Assembly (NCBI GenBank): GCA_018062765.1
Contig: JAGORR010000001.1
Coordinates: forward strand, 356,930 to 420,929
Length of the DNA: 64,000 nucleotides
Reading direction: 5' to 3'
Source of the DNA: Minisyncoccota bacterium
GTDB lineage: Bacteria; Patescibacteriota; Minisyncoccia; Phycocordibacterales; Phycocordibacteraceae
Within the stretch, counting starts at the first letter, position 1. Each line of letters starts with the position of its first letter. The notes beneath the pieces are model-generated. The model was not told where the DNA came from. It ran no database searches and saw nothing but the letters and a program-made list of their open reading frames with translations. Positions 17,007 through 26,386 of the stretch are shown piece after piece. Position numbers and translations under genes: made by a program.

Positions 17007-17035
17007 CCATACCAGCCCCGGAGTATCCTAGATGC

Positions 17036-17758
17036 ATGGACATAGACGATCTCTCCAAATCACAGCTCCTGCTCTTGACGCTCCTCGTGAACTTCGTGAT
17101 GTCGATTGCAACCGGAATCGTAACCGTCTCGCTTCTTGATGAGGCACCTCCTGTTATCACGCAGACGGTGAACCGTATCGTCGAACACACGGTCGAGACT
17201 GTGGCTCCCGCTGTTGTCACGCCGGGAAAGCCACAACCGTCGGAGGAGGACCGTCTCGTCTCGGCCGTCGCGGTTGCAAACGCACGGACGGTATTCCTTT
17301 ATGATAAGTCGACAACGACTCCGGCTATCGCGCGCGGCATGTATCTCCCTACCTCGCGTAGCGCGGTATTCGTCACGGACGAGGCGCTTCCGAACGAAGC
17401 TATCGTCGGTTTCGCAAACGGCGCCTCTTCGCCAGTGTCTCTTACGCGCAAGAACGGGTCGCTCATGCTCTATGGATTCTCCGATAACGCGGCACTCCCG
17501 CCCGCAACGGCAGCGAATCCCGTCCCATCGTCATCGCTCAAGCAGGGACAGGCAGTAATAGCGATACGCGCCGACGGAAGCGCGGTGACCGGCATCGTAT
17601 CCAAGGTGGACGCCGGTAGCGTGACGACTACGCTTCCAGAAACCACGCGCGGTAGCGGAGCCGTGGATCTTTCAGGTCGGGTCGTCGGCATCTCAACGGG
17701 TGCGGCGAGCACGTACATCGGTGCAGAGAGCATTACGTCGATACTCGAAGCGCAATAG
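17036..17758 (+). CDS. membrane-anchored trypsin/HtrA-like domain protein, probably non-catalytic
   Basis: 240 aa. N-terminal TM helix. C-terminal GSGAVDLSGRVVGIST sits where serine proteases have GDSGGPL..G.VVGI. Weak call. Confidence 0.4.
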   Translation: MDIDDLSKSQLLLLTLLVNFVMSIATGIVTVSLLDEAPPVITQTVNRIVEHTVETVAPAVVTPGKPQPSEEDRLVSAVAVANARTVFLYDKSTTTPAIARGMYLPTSRSAVFVTDEALPNEAIVGFANGASSPVSLTRKNGSLMLYGFSDNAALPPATAANPVPSSSLKQGQAVIAIRADGSAVTGIVSKVDAGSVTTTLPETTRGSGAVDLSGRVVGISTGAASTYIGAESITSILEAQ

Positions 17759-17847
17759 CACGCTCCGTGCTATACTTTCAGTAACGCGGATGAATCTGGC
17801 ATCCGGGCGGTAAGGATAGCTAGGCGTTCGCGTCTTCTTCTAAAGCC

Positions 17848-20532
17848 ATGCCTCCCTTTAAGAATTTCACGACCAAGGCCAAGGAAGCGATACGCAAGGC
17901 CCATGAACTCGCCATTGAGCGCGGGCAGAATCACGTTTCCCCGCTACATCTTTTGACGGCGCTCATCCATCAGGAAGAGAGTCTTGTCTTTTCTATACTC
18001 GACCGCCTCGACATCGACACGATGCTTCTTGCGGATACTCTTCTTGAAACCTTGGAGGCGCCAGAGACTTCGAGCGTACTTTCGCCTTCCTATCAGCTGT
18101 ATCTCACTCCCGACCTCGCGCAGGCCTTGGAGGCCTCTGGCAAGGTTGCGGCACGCATGAATGATGCGTTCGTGGGCACTGAGCATCTTTTCGTTGCGCT
18201 TCTTGAGCACCCGGGCCCAGCCTCTGATGTGCTTGCACGCTTCAAAATAGACGAAGAGACGGTCGAAAGCGTGCTTAAGGAGTTGAAGAGCATGAAGGAA
18301 GGGCAGGGCGCGGAACCAAAGCGTTTCAAGGCGCTTGCCAAGTACACCAGGAATCTGACGAAGCTCGCCTCTGAGAATGCGCTCGACCCGGTTATTGGAC
18401 GCGATCAGGAAATAAACCGCGTCATCCAGATATTGTCGCGCCGCACGAAGAACAATCCAGTCCTTATCGGCGAAGCGGGGGTCGGAAAGACCGCGCTCGC
18501 GGAAGGACTCGCGTCAAGAATCGCGAGCGGGGACGTGCCGGAATCGCTCCGTAATAAGGAGCTCCTTTCCCTTGACCTCGGGCTTCTTATCGCCGGGACA
18601 AAGTACCGAGGCGAGTTCGAGGAGCGAATGAAGAACGTGATGAAGGAGGTGGAGAAGGCCGACGGAAAAGTCATCCTTTTCGTCGACGAGCTTCATACCT
18701 TGGTCGGAGCTGGCGCCGCTGAAGGTGCGATGGATGCATCGAACATGCTGAAGCCCGCACTGGCGCGTGGAGAGATACGCGTTATTGGCGCAACTACCCT
18801 GAAGGAGTATCAGAAGTACATAGAGAAGGATACGGCACTCACCCGCCGCTTCCAGCCTATTTTCGTACAGGAGCCGAGCCCCGAGGATGCTATCGCGATA
18901 CTGCGTGGCTTACGCGATAAATATGAGCTATTCCATGGCGTGCGCATCACGGACGGCGCGATTGTAAACGCAGTAGAACTCTCCAGCCGCTACATAAGCG
19001 ACCGTTTTCTTCCGGACAAGGCGATAGATCTTATTGATGAGGCCGCCTCGGGTCTCCGTATTGCGCTTGAGAACAAACCGCCTCTTCTTGAGGAGACTGA
19101 CCGTAAGATTCGCCGGCTTGAGATTGAACGCCAAGCGCTTGAAAAGGACGAGGACGGGGATCGTGCGAAAGAAATTAAGGAGCGCATAAAGTCTATCGAT
19201 ACCGAGGTTGCGGACCTGCGTGAGAAGACGGCGGAGCTCGAACTTAAGTGGAAGAACGAGAAAGAGGTACTCGATGGCATTCGAAAGGCTAAGACCGAGC
19301 TTGAGAAGCTTAGGAATCAAGCGGAGAACGCGGAAGCGCTCGCTGACCTTGGCACTGCTGCGGAAATTCGCTACGGCAAGATTCCTGCGTGGGAAAAAGA
19401 TCTTGAGACTAAGATGAAGCGCTTGAAGTCGCTTCAGAAGTCTCGCCGCGTGCTGAACGAAGAGGTAACTGAGCAGGAGATAGCGAGCGTGGTTTCGCGG
19501 TGGACCGGCGTCCCAGTCTCTAAGATGCTTGAGGAAGAGGCAGCAAAACTCGCACGCATGGATGACGCATTGAAGTCCGCGGTTATCGGTCAGGAAAAGG
19601 CAGTGCTTGCGGTGACGGACGCGGTGAAGCGCTCCCGCGTTGGCATCGCTGACCCTAACCGTCCTATCGGCTCGTTCCTCTTCCTTGGCCCAACCGGCGT
19701 CGGTAAGACGGAGCTTTCGCGGCGACTTGCGGAATTTATGTTCAACGACACAGACGCACTGGTGCGCGTTGATATGTCTGAGTTCATGGAGAAACACTCG
19801 ATTGCGAAGCTCATCGGCGCGCCGCCAGGCTACGTGGGTTACGAGGAGTCGGGAAGCCTGACTGAACGCATTCGTCATCGTCCGTATGCGGTCGTACTCT
19901 TTGACGAGGTCGAGAAAGCACATCCGGAGGTGTTCAACATTCTCCTCCAGGTTCTCGACTCGGGGCACCTTACCGATGGCAAAGGACGTAAAGTTAATTT
20001 CAAGAATACGATTATCGTCCTCACCTCGAACATCGGCGCGGAGTTCATGGACCGCATGTCCACGATGGGCTTTGGTGTATCGGGTGCTGACGACGCCGCG
20101 AAATACGAGCAGATAAAGGAGAAGGTGATGGGCGCCTTGAAAGATCATTTCCGTCCGGAGTTCCTCAATCGTCTCGATGATATCGTCATGTTCGATGTGC
20201 TCTCCAAAGCAGCGCTCGCGGACATCGTAGAGAAGCAGGTAGAGGAGGTAATTGCGCGCCTTGGCGGGAAGCGCATCACGCTCGCGCTCTCGCCCGAGAT
20301 TCGCGCATGGCTTGCGGAAAAGGGATACAACCCGCAATACGGCGCACGCCCCCTAAAGCGCCTCATCCAGGACAAAATACTGACGCCTATCGCGACCCTG
20401 ATGGTAGGCCAAGGCATCATGGAAGGCGGGTCTGTCGTCGTGACGCTTAAGAACGGCGAGCCGTCGTTTGAGGTCCGCAAGAACGCGCCGCGTGGCGGGC
20501 ACCGGGCTGCCGCGACCGCTCACGCGGCCTAA
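17848..20532 (+). CDS. clpB: ATP-dependent chaperone ClpB
   Basis: 894 aa. Clp N domain. Two AAA+ modules ([18 protein letters not shown]). Long middle coiled coil typical of ClpB. Confidence 0.96.
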   Translation: MPPFKNFTTKAKEAIRKAHELAIERGQNHVSPLHLLTALIHQEESLVFSILDRLDIDTMLLADTLLETLEAPETSSVLSPSYQLYLTPDLAQALEASGKVAARMNDAFVGTEHLFVALLEHPGPASDVLARFKIDEETVESVLKELKSMKEGQGAEPKRFKALAKYTRNLTKLASENALDPVIGRDQEINRVIQILSRRTKNNPVLIGEAGVGKTALAEGLASRIASGDVPESLRNKELLSLDLGLLIAGTKYRGEFEERMKNVMKEVEKADGKVILFVDELHTLVGAGAAEGAMDASNMLKPALARGEIRVIGATTLKEYQKYIEKDTALTRRFQPIFVQEPSPEDAIAILRGLRDKYELFHGVRITDGAIVNAVELSSRYISDRFLPDKAIDLIDEAASGLRIALENKPPLLEETDRKIRRLEIERQALEKDEDGDRAKEIKERIKSIDTEVADLREKTAELELKWKNEKEVLDGIRKAKTELEKLRNQAENAEALADLGTAAEIRYGKIPAWEKDLETKMKRLKSLQKSRRVLNEEVTEQEIASVVSRWTGVPVSKMLEEEAAKLARMDDALKSAVIGQEKAVLAVTDAVKRSRVGIADPNRPIGSFLFLGPTGVGKTELSRRLAEFMFNDTDALVRVDMSEFMEKHSIAKLIGAPPGYVGYEESGSLTERIRHRPYAVVLFDEVEKAHPEVFNILLQVLDSGHLTDGKGRKVNFKNTIIVLTSNIGAEFMDRMSTMGFGVSGADDAAKYEQIKEKVMGALKDHFRPEFLNRLDDIVMFDVLSKAALADIVEKQVEEVIARLGGKRITLALSPEIRAWLAEKGYNPQYGARPLKRLIQDKILTPIATLMVGQGIMEGGSVVVTLKNGEPSFEVRKNAPRGGHRAAATAHAA

Positions 20533-20568
20533 ATTGCCGAAAAAAGGCCTTCCTGCTATAGTTTTCGC

Positions 20569-20724
20569 ATGTCACAGGACCACCTCATAAAGCTGAAGTC
20601 CACGAAGTCCGACTACGTGTACTTCACCCGCAAGAACCGCAAGCAGGTTGAGCGGAAGCTTGAATACATCAAATTCGACCCGACGCTTCGCAAGCGGGTC
20701 GCTTTCAAGGAGGCGAAGAAATAG
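20569..20724 (+). CDS. rpmG: 50S ribosomal protein L33
   Basis: 51-aa ORF, too short for the ORF track: MSQDHLIKLKSTKSDYVYFTRKNRKQVERKLEYIKFDPTLRKRVAFKEAKK. This is the typical L33 pattern. A terminator follows. Confidence 0.85.
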   Translation: MSQDHLIKLKSTKSDYVYFTRKNRKQVERKLEYIKFDPTLRKRVAFKEAKK

Positions 20725-20734
20725 ATTCTACCGA

Positions 20735-20756
20735 AACCGCCCGAAAGGGCGGTTTT
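20735..20756 (+). terminator. intrinsic terminator after rpmG
   Basis: AACCGCCC-gaaa-GGGCGGTT-TT. Confidence 0.7.
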
Positions 20757-20859
20757 GCATTACTCAGGCCAGCTTGACGAGGGGTCTTTCATGCAGCAGA
20801 GTGCGCACGGACCAGATACCGGATTCCCCGGTCACATCATCTGGCAGAGAGAGGTTCGA

Positions 20860-21342
20860 ATGAATTTCTGGCAAAAGCTTGGGATCGCGGTCGGTGCGCT
20901 TCTCGTCCTCACGATGCTCGGCTACGGCTTCTTCCGCGCCGGTTTCGTCGGCAAGGTCGAGAACTACGAGATCGGTTACGTCTTCCATCCGCTCTCAGGT
21001 GAAATCGAACGGCTCGATCGGCCCGGCTACCATCTGATGCTGCCGTGGGATAACCTCGGCGTCATCGACAAGCGCCCGATGCAGGTTTGCATCGCCGCGA
21101 ACAAACGCGTCCTCAACTGCAAGTTAGTGCAGTTCAACCCGAGCGAGGAGGGACTCAAGACGTTCCTCAGCTGGCACGGCGTCGACTACGCGAGCGGGAC
21201 AGTCGCCTCGGCCGGCTCGGGATCCCCTCTCGCGGAGATCCTGATGAGCTATGCATACGACGGGTCGGGGAAGACCTATCCCTTCCTCACGGTCATCCGC
21301 GAGATGAAGGGGATAGATGCTGACGCGGCATCCGTGCAATGA
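20860..21342 (+). CDS. hypothetical membrane protein, paralogue A (SPFH-N-terminal-like motif)
   Basis: ORF track 20755..21342. Start at ATG 20860 after AGAGAGAGG. One TM helix, then YEIGYVFHPLSGEIERLDRPGYHLMLPW..NCKLVQFNPSEE. Confidence 0.6.
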   Translation: MNFWQKLGIAVGALLVLTMLGYGFFRAGFVGKVENYEIGYVFHPLSGEIERLDRPGYHLMLPWDNLGVIDKRPMQVCIAANKRVLNCKLVQFNPSEEGLKTFLSWHGVDYASGTVASAGSGSPLAEILMSYAYDGSGKTYPFLTVIREMKGIDADAASVQ

Positions 21343-21791
21343 GGACCGTCGCGTACGCAACCCTCATGGGCCTCGCGATTGCGCTCGCTTCGTTCTATCT
21401 GCTCTGCGTGAACTATCTGGGTGCGAACGAGCGCGGACTTGCCTACGACGTGTTCTCGGGCGAGCTCTTCTTGCAGGAGCAGCCGGGCATCCAAGTGACC
21501 CCGCCGTGGATCTTCACGACGAGAATCGACCTGGAGCCGAATAAGGTGTGCGTCACTTCGACGGCGCATGCCCGGTTCAACTGCAGGCTTGTCCAGTTCA
21601 TACCGGAGGAATACCGTGCGTTCCTCGAGGTCGAAGGGTGGCGCTGGTATTGGTGGAGCAATCGCATCTCCTTCAACTGGGGGTACGACGACGAGTACCG
21701 AGGGTTCCGCGACGTGCTGCGCGGCTATGCACTCTCCGGCCAGGACTACCCGTTCATCCGCGTTCTCGAGGAGTTCGAAGAAGGAGCCTGA
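21339..21791 (+). CDS. hypothetical membrane protein, paralogue B
   Basis: ATGA overlap with paralogue A. Shares the TM helix plus ..SGELFLQEQPGIQVTPPW..NCRLVQFIPEE..YPFIRVLEE. Confidence 0.6.
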   Translation: MRTVAYATLMGLAIALASFYLLCVNYLGANERGLAYDVFSGELFLQEQPGIQVTPPWIFTTRIDLEPNKVCVTSTAHARFNCRLVQFIPEEYRAFLEVEGWRWYWWSNRISFNWGYDDEYRGFRDVLRGYALSGQDYPFIRVLEEFEEGA

Positions 21792-21895
21792 ATACCGACC
21801 CGCCACGCCCTTTGGGCCTGGCGGGTCATTCTTTTGGTGCGAGCACCAAGGCAACGTAGGCGTATACTGAAACAGGACAAGCGAAGGAGGTCCAC

Positions 21896-22096
21896 ATGTC
21901 ACGCACTAAGGGAGTCGACCTGCCGACTCATCTGCAGGAACTCGCTGACCGCATCGACGCGAACGATGACTCGTTCGGGAATCCTATGAAGCTCAAGTTT
22001 GCTTCGGAAGATCGTGTCGATCTACGCCAGCAGATGTTTGAGGCCGGGTACACCGTCGACGAAGTCGATGCGGTAACTGGAAGTAACTGCGATTAA
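21896..22096 (+). CDS. hypothetical small acidic protein
   Basis: 66 aa. RBS GAAGGAGG lies upstream. A terminator hairpin follows. Confidence 0.55.
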   Translation: MSRTKGVDLPTHLQELADRIDANDDSFGNPMKLKFASEDRVDLRQQMFEAGYTVDEVDAVTGSNCD

Positions 22097-22100
22097 CCAC

Positions 22101-22126
22101 CGATAGCCAGCAGCTGCTGGCTATCG
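22101..22126 (+). terminator. terminator hairpin
   Basis: CGATAGCCAGC-agct-GCTGGCTATCG followed by tcTTTaT. Confidence 0.6.
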
Positions 22127-22138
22127 TCTTTATATGGG

Positions 22139-22239
22139 TGCGGCTCCCAGGTGGTCACAAATACTTCCGCGTCGACACTTGGAAGTTTCGCGACCCCGCC
22201 AAAAAGGAAAAACCTGGAGCAGTCCAGGTTTTTCCTTTT
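22139..22239 (-). repeat. tRNA-trailer structured element after tRNA-Trp (short form, no AGCA hairpin)
   Basis: In tRNA orientation the order is:
- GGAAAAACCTGGA-ctgc-TCCAGGTTTTTCC then TTTTT
- TGGCGGGG (antisense to tRNA end GCCCGCCA)
- GGTC..CTTCC-aAGTGTCGACGc-GGAAG..GACC
- ACCTGGGAGCCGCA (compare tRNA CTACTGGGCCCGCCA). Confidence 0.65.
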
Positions 22240-22313
22240 TGGCGGGCCCAGTAGGAATCGGACCTACGCTAACGGTTTTGGAGACCGTTGTACTACCACT
22301 ATACGATGGACCC
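22240..22313 (-). tRNA. tRNA-Trp (anticodon CCA), CCA end encoded
   Basis: Hand-folded. Acceptor GGGTCCA/TGGGCCC. Anticodon arm ACGGT-cTCCAaa-ACCGT. T arm GTAGG-TCCGATT-CCTAC. Confidence 0.88.
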
Positions 22314-22411
22314 GTTGTGCAAATGGCGAGCTACCTCTAGACGATACCAGAGGCGCGTTCGTGGGGAAAGCAGCACGCACTAGCCATTATTGAAGCTACA
22401 ATCAAAGCCAC

Positions 22412-23368
22412 ATGCGCCGCTTGGCACTTTACCTCCTCGCAGCTTCTCTCATACCGCTTGCCGCGGCGGCACAAGGGCTTCCGTCAGGCTCAATCATCCC
22501 GGACCTCGATGAGGGAGATCAGAACCTGCGCACGTGCGCTGCAGGTTGGAAGGCGGTTCTCATAATATCGGGAGGGTTCCTAGAGCTCGCAATTTACATC
22601 GCGATGCTTATCGCCGTTCTCGTTATCGTCTATGCAGGGATTATATTCCTGTTTAATGCGACAAACCCCGAGAACCTGTCGAAAGGGAAAAAGATTCTTG
22701 GAAACGCGGCGATTGGTCTTCTTATTACGCTTTGCGCATGGCTACTTGTGAATACGGTGCTCACAAGCCTGGGCGCAGGAGACATCGCAAGCCGCACAAG
22801 CGTCATAGGTTCAGGCGGCTCGCTCTGTATCACGATACAACCTCCGCAATCTCAAATACCAACCAGTCAGGAAGTAGCTGCCGGTTTGCCACTGGCACCA
22901 CCTCCTCGAGGTACCGGCTCGTGTGACCCGATTGCTGTGCGCGCAGCCGCAGCGGCCGGTGGGTACCAAATCTCGGAGCGAGAGGCGAACACATTTGCCT
23001 GCCTTGCAGGTCCCGAGAGCTCGTGCGGCGCAAATGTCGATGGTGCGACGACGCCTTCTGGGCAGCGTACGAGTGCAGCGGGTCCGTGGCAGAACATTCT
23101 TGGTTTTAAGGATAAGTGCCACTCACTCAACATCCCCGCCTGTGGCAACTTGCAGTGTCACCAGGCATTTTCAGGCGGAGTGGAGAAGTCTGATCCGGCC
23201 TCGAGAGCTCTCGCTGCCAAGTGTCGTCAGGCACTTGCAAACCTTACGTGCGCTGCCGCCGCAGCCGTGTGTCTTAATAACGCGAGCGGAAACGACTTCA
23301 GCGACTGGACTGCGGATTCGCGCAGCTCGAAACAGAAGAAGTGTATTCGCGACCATGCGGGGCTCTAG
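22412..23368 (+). CDS. pilin-like N-domain fused to a Cys-rich lytic-transglycosylase-like (SLT-like) domain
   Basis: 318 aa. Signal peptide. N-module is IAVLVIVYAGIIFLFNATNPENLSKGKKILGNAAIGLLITLCAWLLVNTVL. The C-domain has SLT-like motif order: PESS, GPWQNIL, LNNASGNDFSDW. Confidence 0.6.
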   Translation: MRRLALYLLAASLIPLAAAAQGLPSGSIIPDLDEGDQNLRTCAAGWKAVLIISGGFLELAIYIAMLIAVLVIVYAGIIFLFNATNPENLSKGKKILGNAAIGLLITLCAWLLVNTVLTSLGAGDIASRTSVIGSGGSLCITIQPPQSQIPTSQEVAAGLPLAPPPRGTGSCDPIAVRAAAAAGGYQISEREANTFACLAGPESSCGANVDGATTPSGQRTSAAGPWQNILGFKDKCHSLNIPACGNLQCHQAFSGGVEKSDPASRALAAKCRQALANLTCAAAAAVCLNNASGNDFSDWTADSRSSKQKKCIRDHAGL

Positions 23369-23383
23369 CGCTATACTTTACCT

Positions 23384-23926
23384 ATGAGCCGAACAGCCTT
23401 TTGGATACTCGCACTCGCATCGGTTGGGCTTTTGGCTGCTGGCACACTTTTCTATCTCAATTTGAATCCTGAGCCGGAAGCTCCTCCCATGGTAACTCCT
23501 GACCCATTTGGGAGTACTAACGATGGCGTAATTATTACGGCCGTGGGCGGGGAGGACATACGCGCTCGTGACTTCGTTAACGATGGCGAGACTGAACCTG
23601 ATCCCGGTAATCCCGGAACGTACTTCCTTGCCGGTTATTTCGGCTACTGCGACGGGGACGAGGAGTGTGAACCTATTGCAACAAGCGACTTCAACATTAA
23701 GTACGATAGCAAGATTGATGCCTTCACGATCGGTCTTGCCACCGAGCCGATAGGTGAAGTTAGGAAGCGTGCAGAAGCATTTCTAATGAAGAAGCTCGGG
23801 ATTGGGGAAAATGATATGTGTGCACTCAATTACTATGTCGGCACTTCGTATTGGGTAAATGAAACTTACTCGGGAGGTAATCTTGGGTGGAGTTTCTGTC
23901 CCGGCTCCATAGCACTTCCTGACTAG
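23384..23926 (+). CDS. hypothetical membrane-anchored secreted protein
   Basis: 180 aa. N-terminal TM helix. Acidic, Cys-containing ectodomain. Sits between the two pilin-hydrolase fusion genes. Confidence 0.55.
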   Translation: MSRTAFWILALASVGLLAAGTLFYLNLNPEPEAPPMVTPDPFGSTNDGVIITAVGGEDIRARDFVNDGETEPDPGNPGTYFLAGYFGYCDGDEECEPIATSDFNIKYDSKIDAFTIGLATEPIGEVRKRAEAFLMKKLGIGENDMCALNYYVGTSYWVNETYSGGNLGWSFCPGSIALPD

Positions 23927-23927
23927 T

Positions 23928-24839
23928 ATGCGACGTACTACGACATTGCTCCTGCTTCTCCCGTTGCTACTTACAGCTATGCCCGCGCATGCGCAGTTCA
24001 CCGAGGGCTGGACCATCGTCCCGGCAGCGTGCCATTCGTGCCCTGCGGCTTGGGTTTGCGTACTTGAGATGCTCAACAATCTGGTGACGCTCATCATGAC
24101 CATCGCGGTCTTAATCGTCGTACTCGTCATCACCTACGCCGGCATCCTGCTTGTGTTTACTGCGACGAACCCCGAGAACAAGAGCAAAGCAAAAAGCATG
24201 CTTATTAATGCTGCGGTAGGTCTCGTCATCGCTCTTGGCGCGTGGCTCATCATCGATAAGGTCCTCGAGTCTTTGGGTGCGGGCGGTATAGACGAGACAA
24301 CGCGCGTTATTGGTACCGGTGGCAGCGCATGTGTTGTTGCTCAGGATCCGATCACTGAGCCGCCTGAGGGAACGGATCCATCGCCTATTACTCCCGGTCC
24401 TGGCGGTGGAGGCAGCGGCGCTAATTGCCCGGTCCCGGCGGCGTCCGGGATGGTGGCATTCCCTGCGGAGGCTACAAGCGGTGAAACTGAATACGCAACA
24501 CCGAGTACGGTCGAGAACTTCCTTGCGATGCGCGCCGCAGCGCTTGCCGATGGAATTGACATTAAGGTGACTGACGGATATCGGTCCGAAGCCGAACAGG
24601 TTCAGTTATGGTATCGCTACAATCAGGACACGAGCCAAGTCGCAAGGCCGTGTACGCTAGGTGGCAGCGGTTCAAACCACAACTCAGGTGTCGCTCTGGA
24701 CCTCACCGTCGGCTGTAGAAAGACAGATAGTTCCTGTGATAGCGCCCAATACCGATGGCTTAAAGCAAATGGTTCTCAGTGGGGCTTCAACAACAATTTG
24801 CCTACCGATACGGTGCACTGGTCACCATCGGGTCGCTAG
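23928..24839 (+). CDS. pilin-like N-domain fused to a peptidase M15 (VanY-type D,D-carboxypeptidase) domain
   Basis: 303 aa. Signal peptide. N-module is IAVLIVVLVITYAGILLVFTATNPENKSKAKSMLINAAVGLVIALGAWLIIDKVL. M15 motifs are VTDGYRSEAEQ, SNHNSGVALDL (SxHxxGxAxD) and DTVHW. Confidence 0.75.
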   Translation: MRRTTTLLLLLPLLLTAMPAHAQFTEGWTIVPAACHSCPAAWVCVLEMLNNLVTLIMTIAVLIVVLVITYAGILLVFTATNPENKSKAKSMLINAAVGLVIALGAWLIIDKVLESLGAGGIDETTRVIGTGGSACVVAQDPITEPPEGTDPSPITPGPGGGGSGANCPVPAASGMVAFPAEATSGETEYATPSTVENFLAMRAAALADGIDIKVTDGYRSEAEQVQLWYRYNQDTSQVARPCTLGGSGSNHNSGVALDLTVGCRKTDSSCDSAQYRWLKANGSQWGFNNNLPTDTVHWSPSGR

Positions 24840-25687
24840 ACAAGCGCAGAAAGCTTTCGAAGCCACGCCTTCTGACGGCGCGCATACTGCCATAGCTTCG
24901 CGTTAAGGGAAGGGAGAAGTGATGCTTCCTCGCGCTCACCACGCAGATACTCGCCGACAATGCGGTACTCAAGTCCGAGCTCGTTAAGGCGTGCATCACC
25001 CACGCGCTCGCGTGTTCGCCGTACTTCCTCGATGAGTCCCTTCTCGAGCGCCTCCTCAAGACGCGCCTCTATGCGAGGCTTCAATTCCTCAGCCTCCGGG
25101 TTCAGCACTATCCATTCGACTTCGTACTTCTCGGTCAGTGATTCGCGCTCAGGCACCGAGCCCTTGGCTTCGATGATTTCCAGAGCGCGCAAGAGCCGAC
25201 GGCGATTCTTTGGGTCAAGCTCCACAGCTCGCCGCGGGTCTAGTTTCTGAAGTCTAGCGAAGAGTTCTTCGCTAGAAACATCGGCCAGTTCTGACTGAAG
25301 CGCTGGGTTTGTGGGAACTGCTTCTGGTATGCCGCGCAGAAGCGCGTCGAAATAGAAGTGCGTGCCGCCGGCAAGAATTGGAATCTTCCCTCGCGCGTGG
25401 ATATCTTCAATAAAACGCGTCGCATCATCCCGAAAGTCGCCGGCGCTGTAGGAGTCCTCCGGTTCCCGTATGTCGATGAGGTGATGGGGAACGCCACGCA
25501 TCTCTTCCGGCCGAATCTTTTCCGTGCCGATATCAAGCGTTCGATAGACTTGGCGTGAATCGACGGAAATGATTTCGCCCCCTCTCTTAAGAGCTTCATC
25601 GACTGCGCGCGCGGTCTTGCCGCTTGCGGTCGGACCCGCAACGAGAATAAGCCGTATTTTGGCGCTCATAGGGCGAAATGCTATCAT
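24836..25687 (-). CDS. miaA: tRNA dimethylallyltransferase
   Basis: 283 aa. P-loop VAGPTASGKT. Also ISVDSRQVYRTLDIGTEK and GVPHHLID. Confidence 0.93.
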   Translation of the reverse strand: MIAFRPMSAKIRLILVAGPTASGKTARAVDEALKRGGEIISVDSRQVYRTLDIGTEKIRPEEMRGVPHHLIDIREPEDSYSAGDFRDDATRFIEDIHARGKIPILAGGTHFYFDALLRGIPEAVPTNPALQSELADVSSEELFARLQKLDPRRAVELDPKNRRRLLRALEIIEAKGSVPERESLTEKYEVEWIVLNPEAEELKPRIEARLEEALEKGLIEEVRRTRERVGDARLNELGLEYRIVGEYLRGEREEASLLPSLNAKLWQYARRQKAWLRKLSALV

Positions 25688-25723
25688 GTGCCCACCTATT
25701 TACTAGCTAGCGGCTAATCTACT

Positions 25724-26386
25724 ATGGCAAAAGACACCAAGAGCAATTACTGCGAGCACTGTGGTAACTTCCACGACGAAGCAAAGGAGTATTCGTTGAA
25801 CGTGAAAGTGGGTGAGGCCGTCCCGGACTACGAGTTCGAGGTGTTTCAGAATAACGAAGCAAAGACGATGAGTTTCTCATCGCTTCGCGGAAAGTGGGTG
25901 GTAGTTGCATTCTACCCAGCAGACTTTACGTTCGTCTGCCCGACGGAGCTTGAGGAGCTCGCTGCGCTCTATCCGAAGTTCAAGGAGCTCAATGCGGAGG
26001 TTATTTCTGTCTCCTCCGACACGGTGCACAGCCATAAGGCATGGCACGATACTTCACCTTCCATCAAGAAGATTGAGTATCCGATGGCCGCAGACCCGTC
26101 AGGAAAGCTTGGCTACGCGTTTGGCGTACTCATCGAAGGTGGCGAGGCTGAGTTCACTCCGGATGAAGGGCTCTCAATGCGCGGAACCTTCATCATCGAT
26201 CCTTCCGGCATACTTCGTTCGATGGAAATCAACGACAACAGCATGGGGCGCAAGGGTGCGGAGACGCTCCGCAAACTCCAGATGGCGCAGTATGTCGAGA
26301 CGCATAAGGGGCAGGTATGTCCCGCAAGTTGGGAGCCGGGCGGCGACACCTTAGAGCCCGGCATGGATCTCGTCGGTAAGATATAG
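25724..26386 (+). CDS. 2-Cys peroxiredoxin (AhpC/Prx family)
   Basis: 220 aa. Contains FYPADFTFVCPTELEEL (peroxidatic Cys) and VCPASW (resolving Cys). Confidence 0.93.
   Translation: MAKDTKSNYCEHCGNFHDEAKEYSLNVKVGEAVPDYEFEVFQNNEAKTMSFSSLRGKWVVVAFYPADFTFVCPTELEELAALYPKFKELNAEVISVSSDTVHSHKAWHDTSPSIKKIEYPMAADPSGKLGYAFGVLIEGGEAEFTPDEGLSMRGTFIIDPSGILRSMEINDNSMGRKGAETLRKLQMAQYVETHKGQVCPASWEPGGDTLEPGMDLVGKI

Noticed and set aside
18928-20337. 469-aa minus-strand ORF, with many similar long antisense ORFs elsewhere (54102..55208, 47609..48685, 35223..36179, 27232..28098, 27422..28324, 56618..57553, 50437..51126).
   Set aside because: Each lies entirely inside, and opposite to, a gene with unmistakable homology (clpB, uvrB, serS, pyrF, the kinase) or the giant ORF. 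Their translations are Arg/Ser/Pro-rich and low in complexity, as expected for stop-poor shadow frames in GC-rich DNA.
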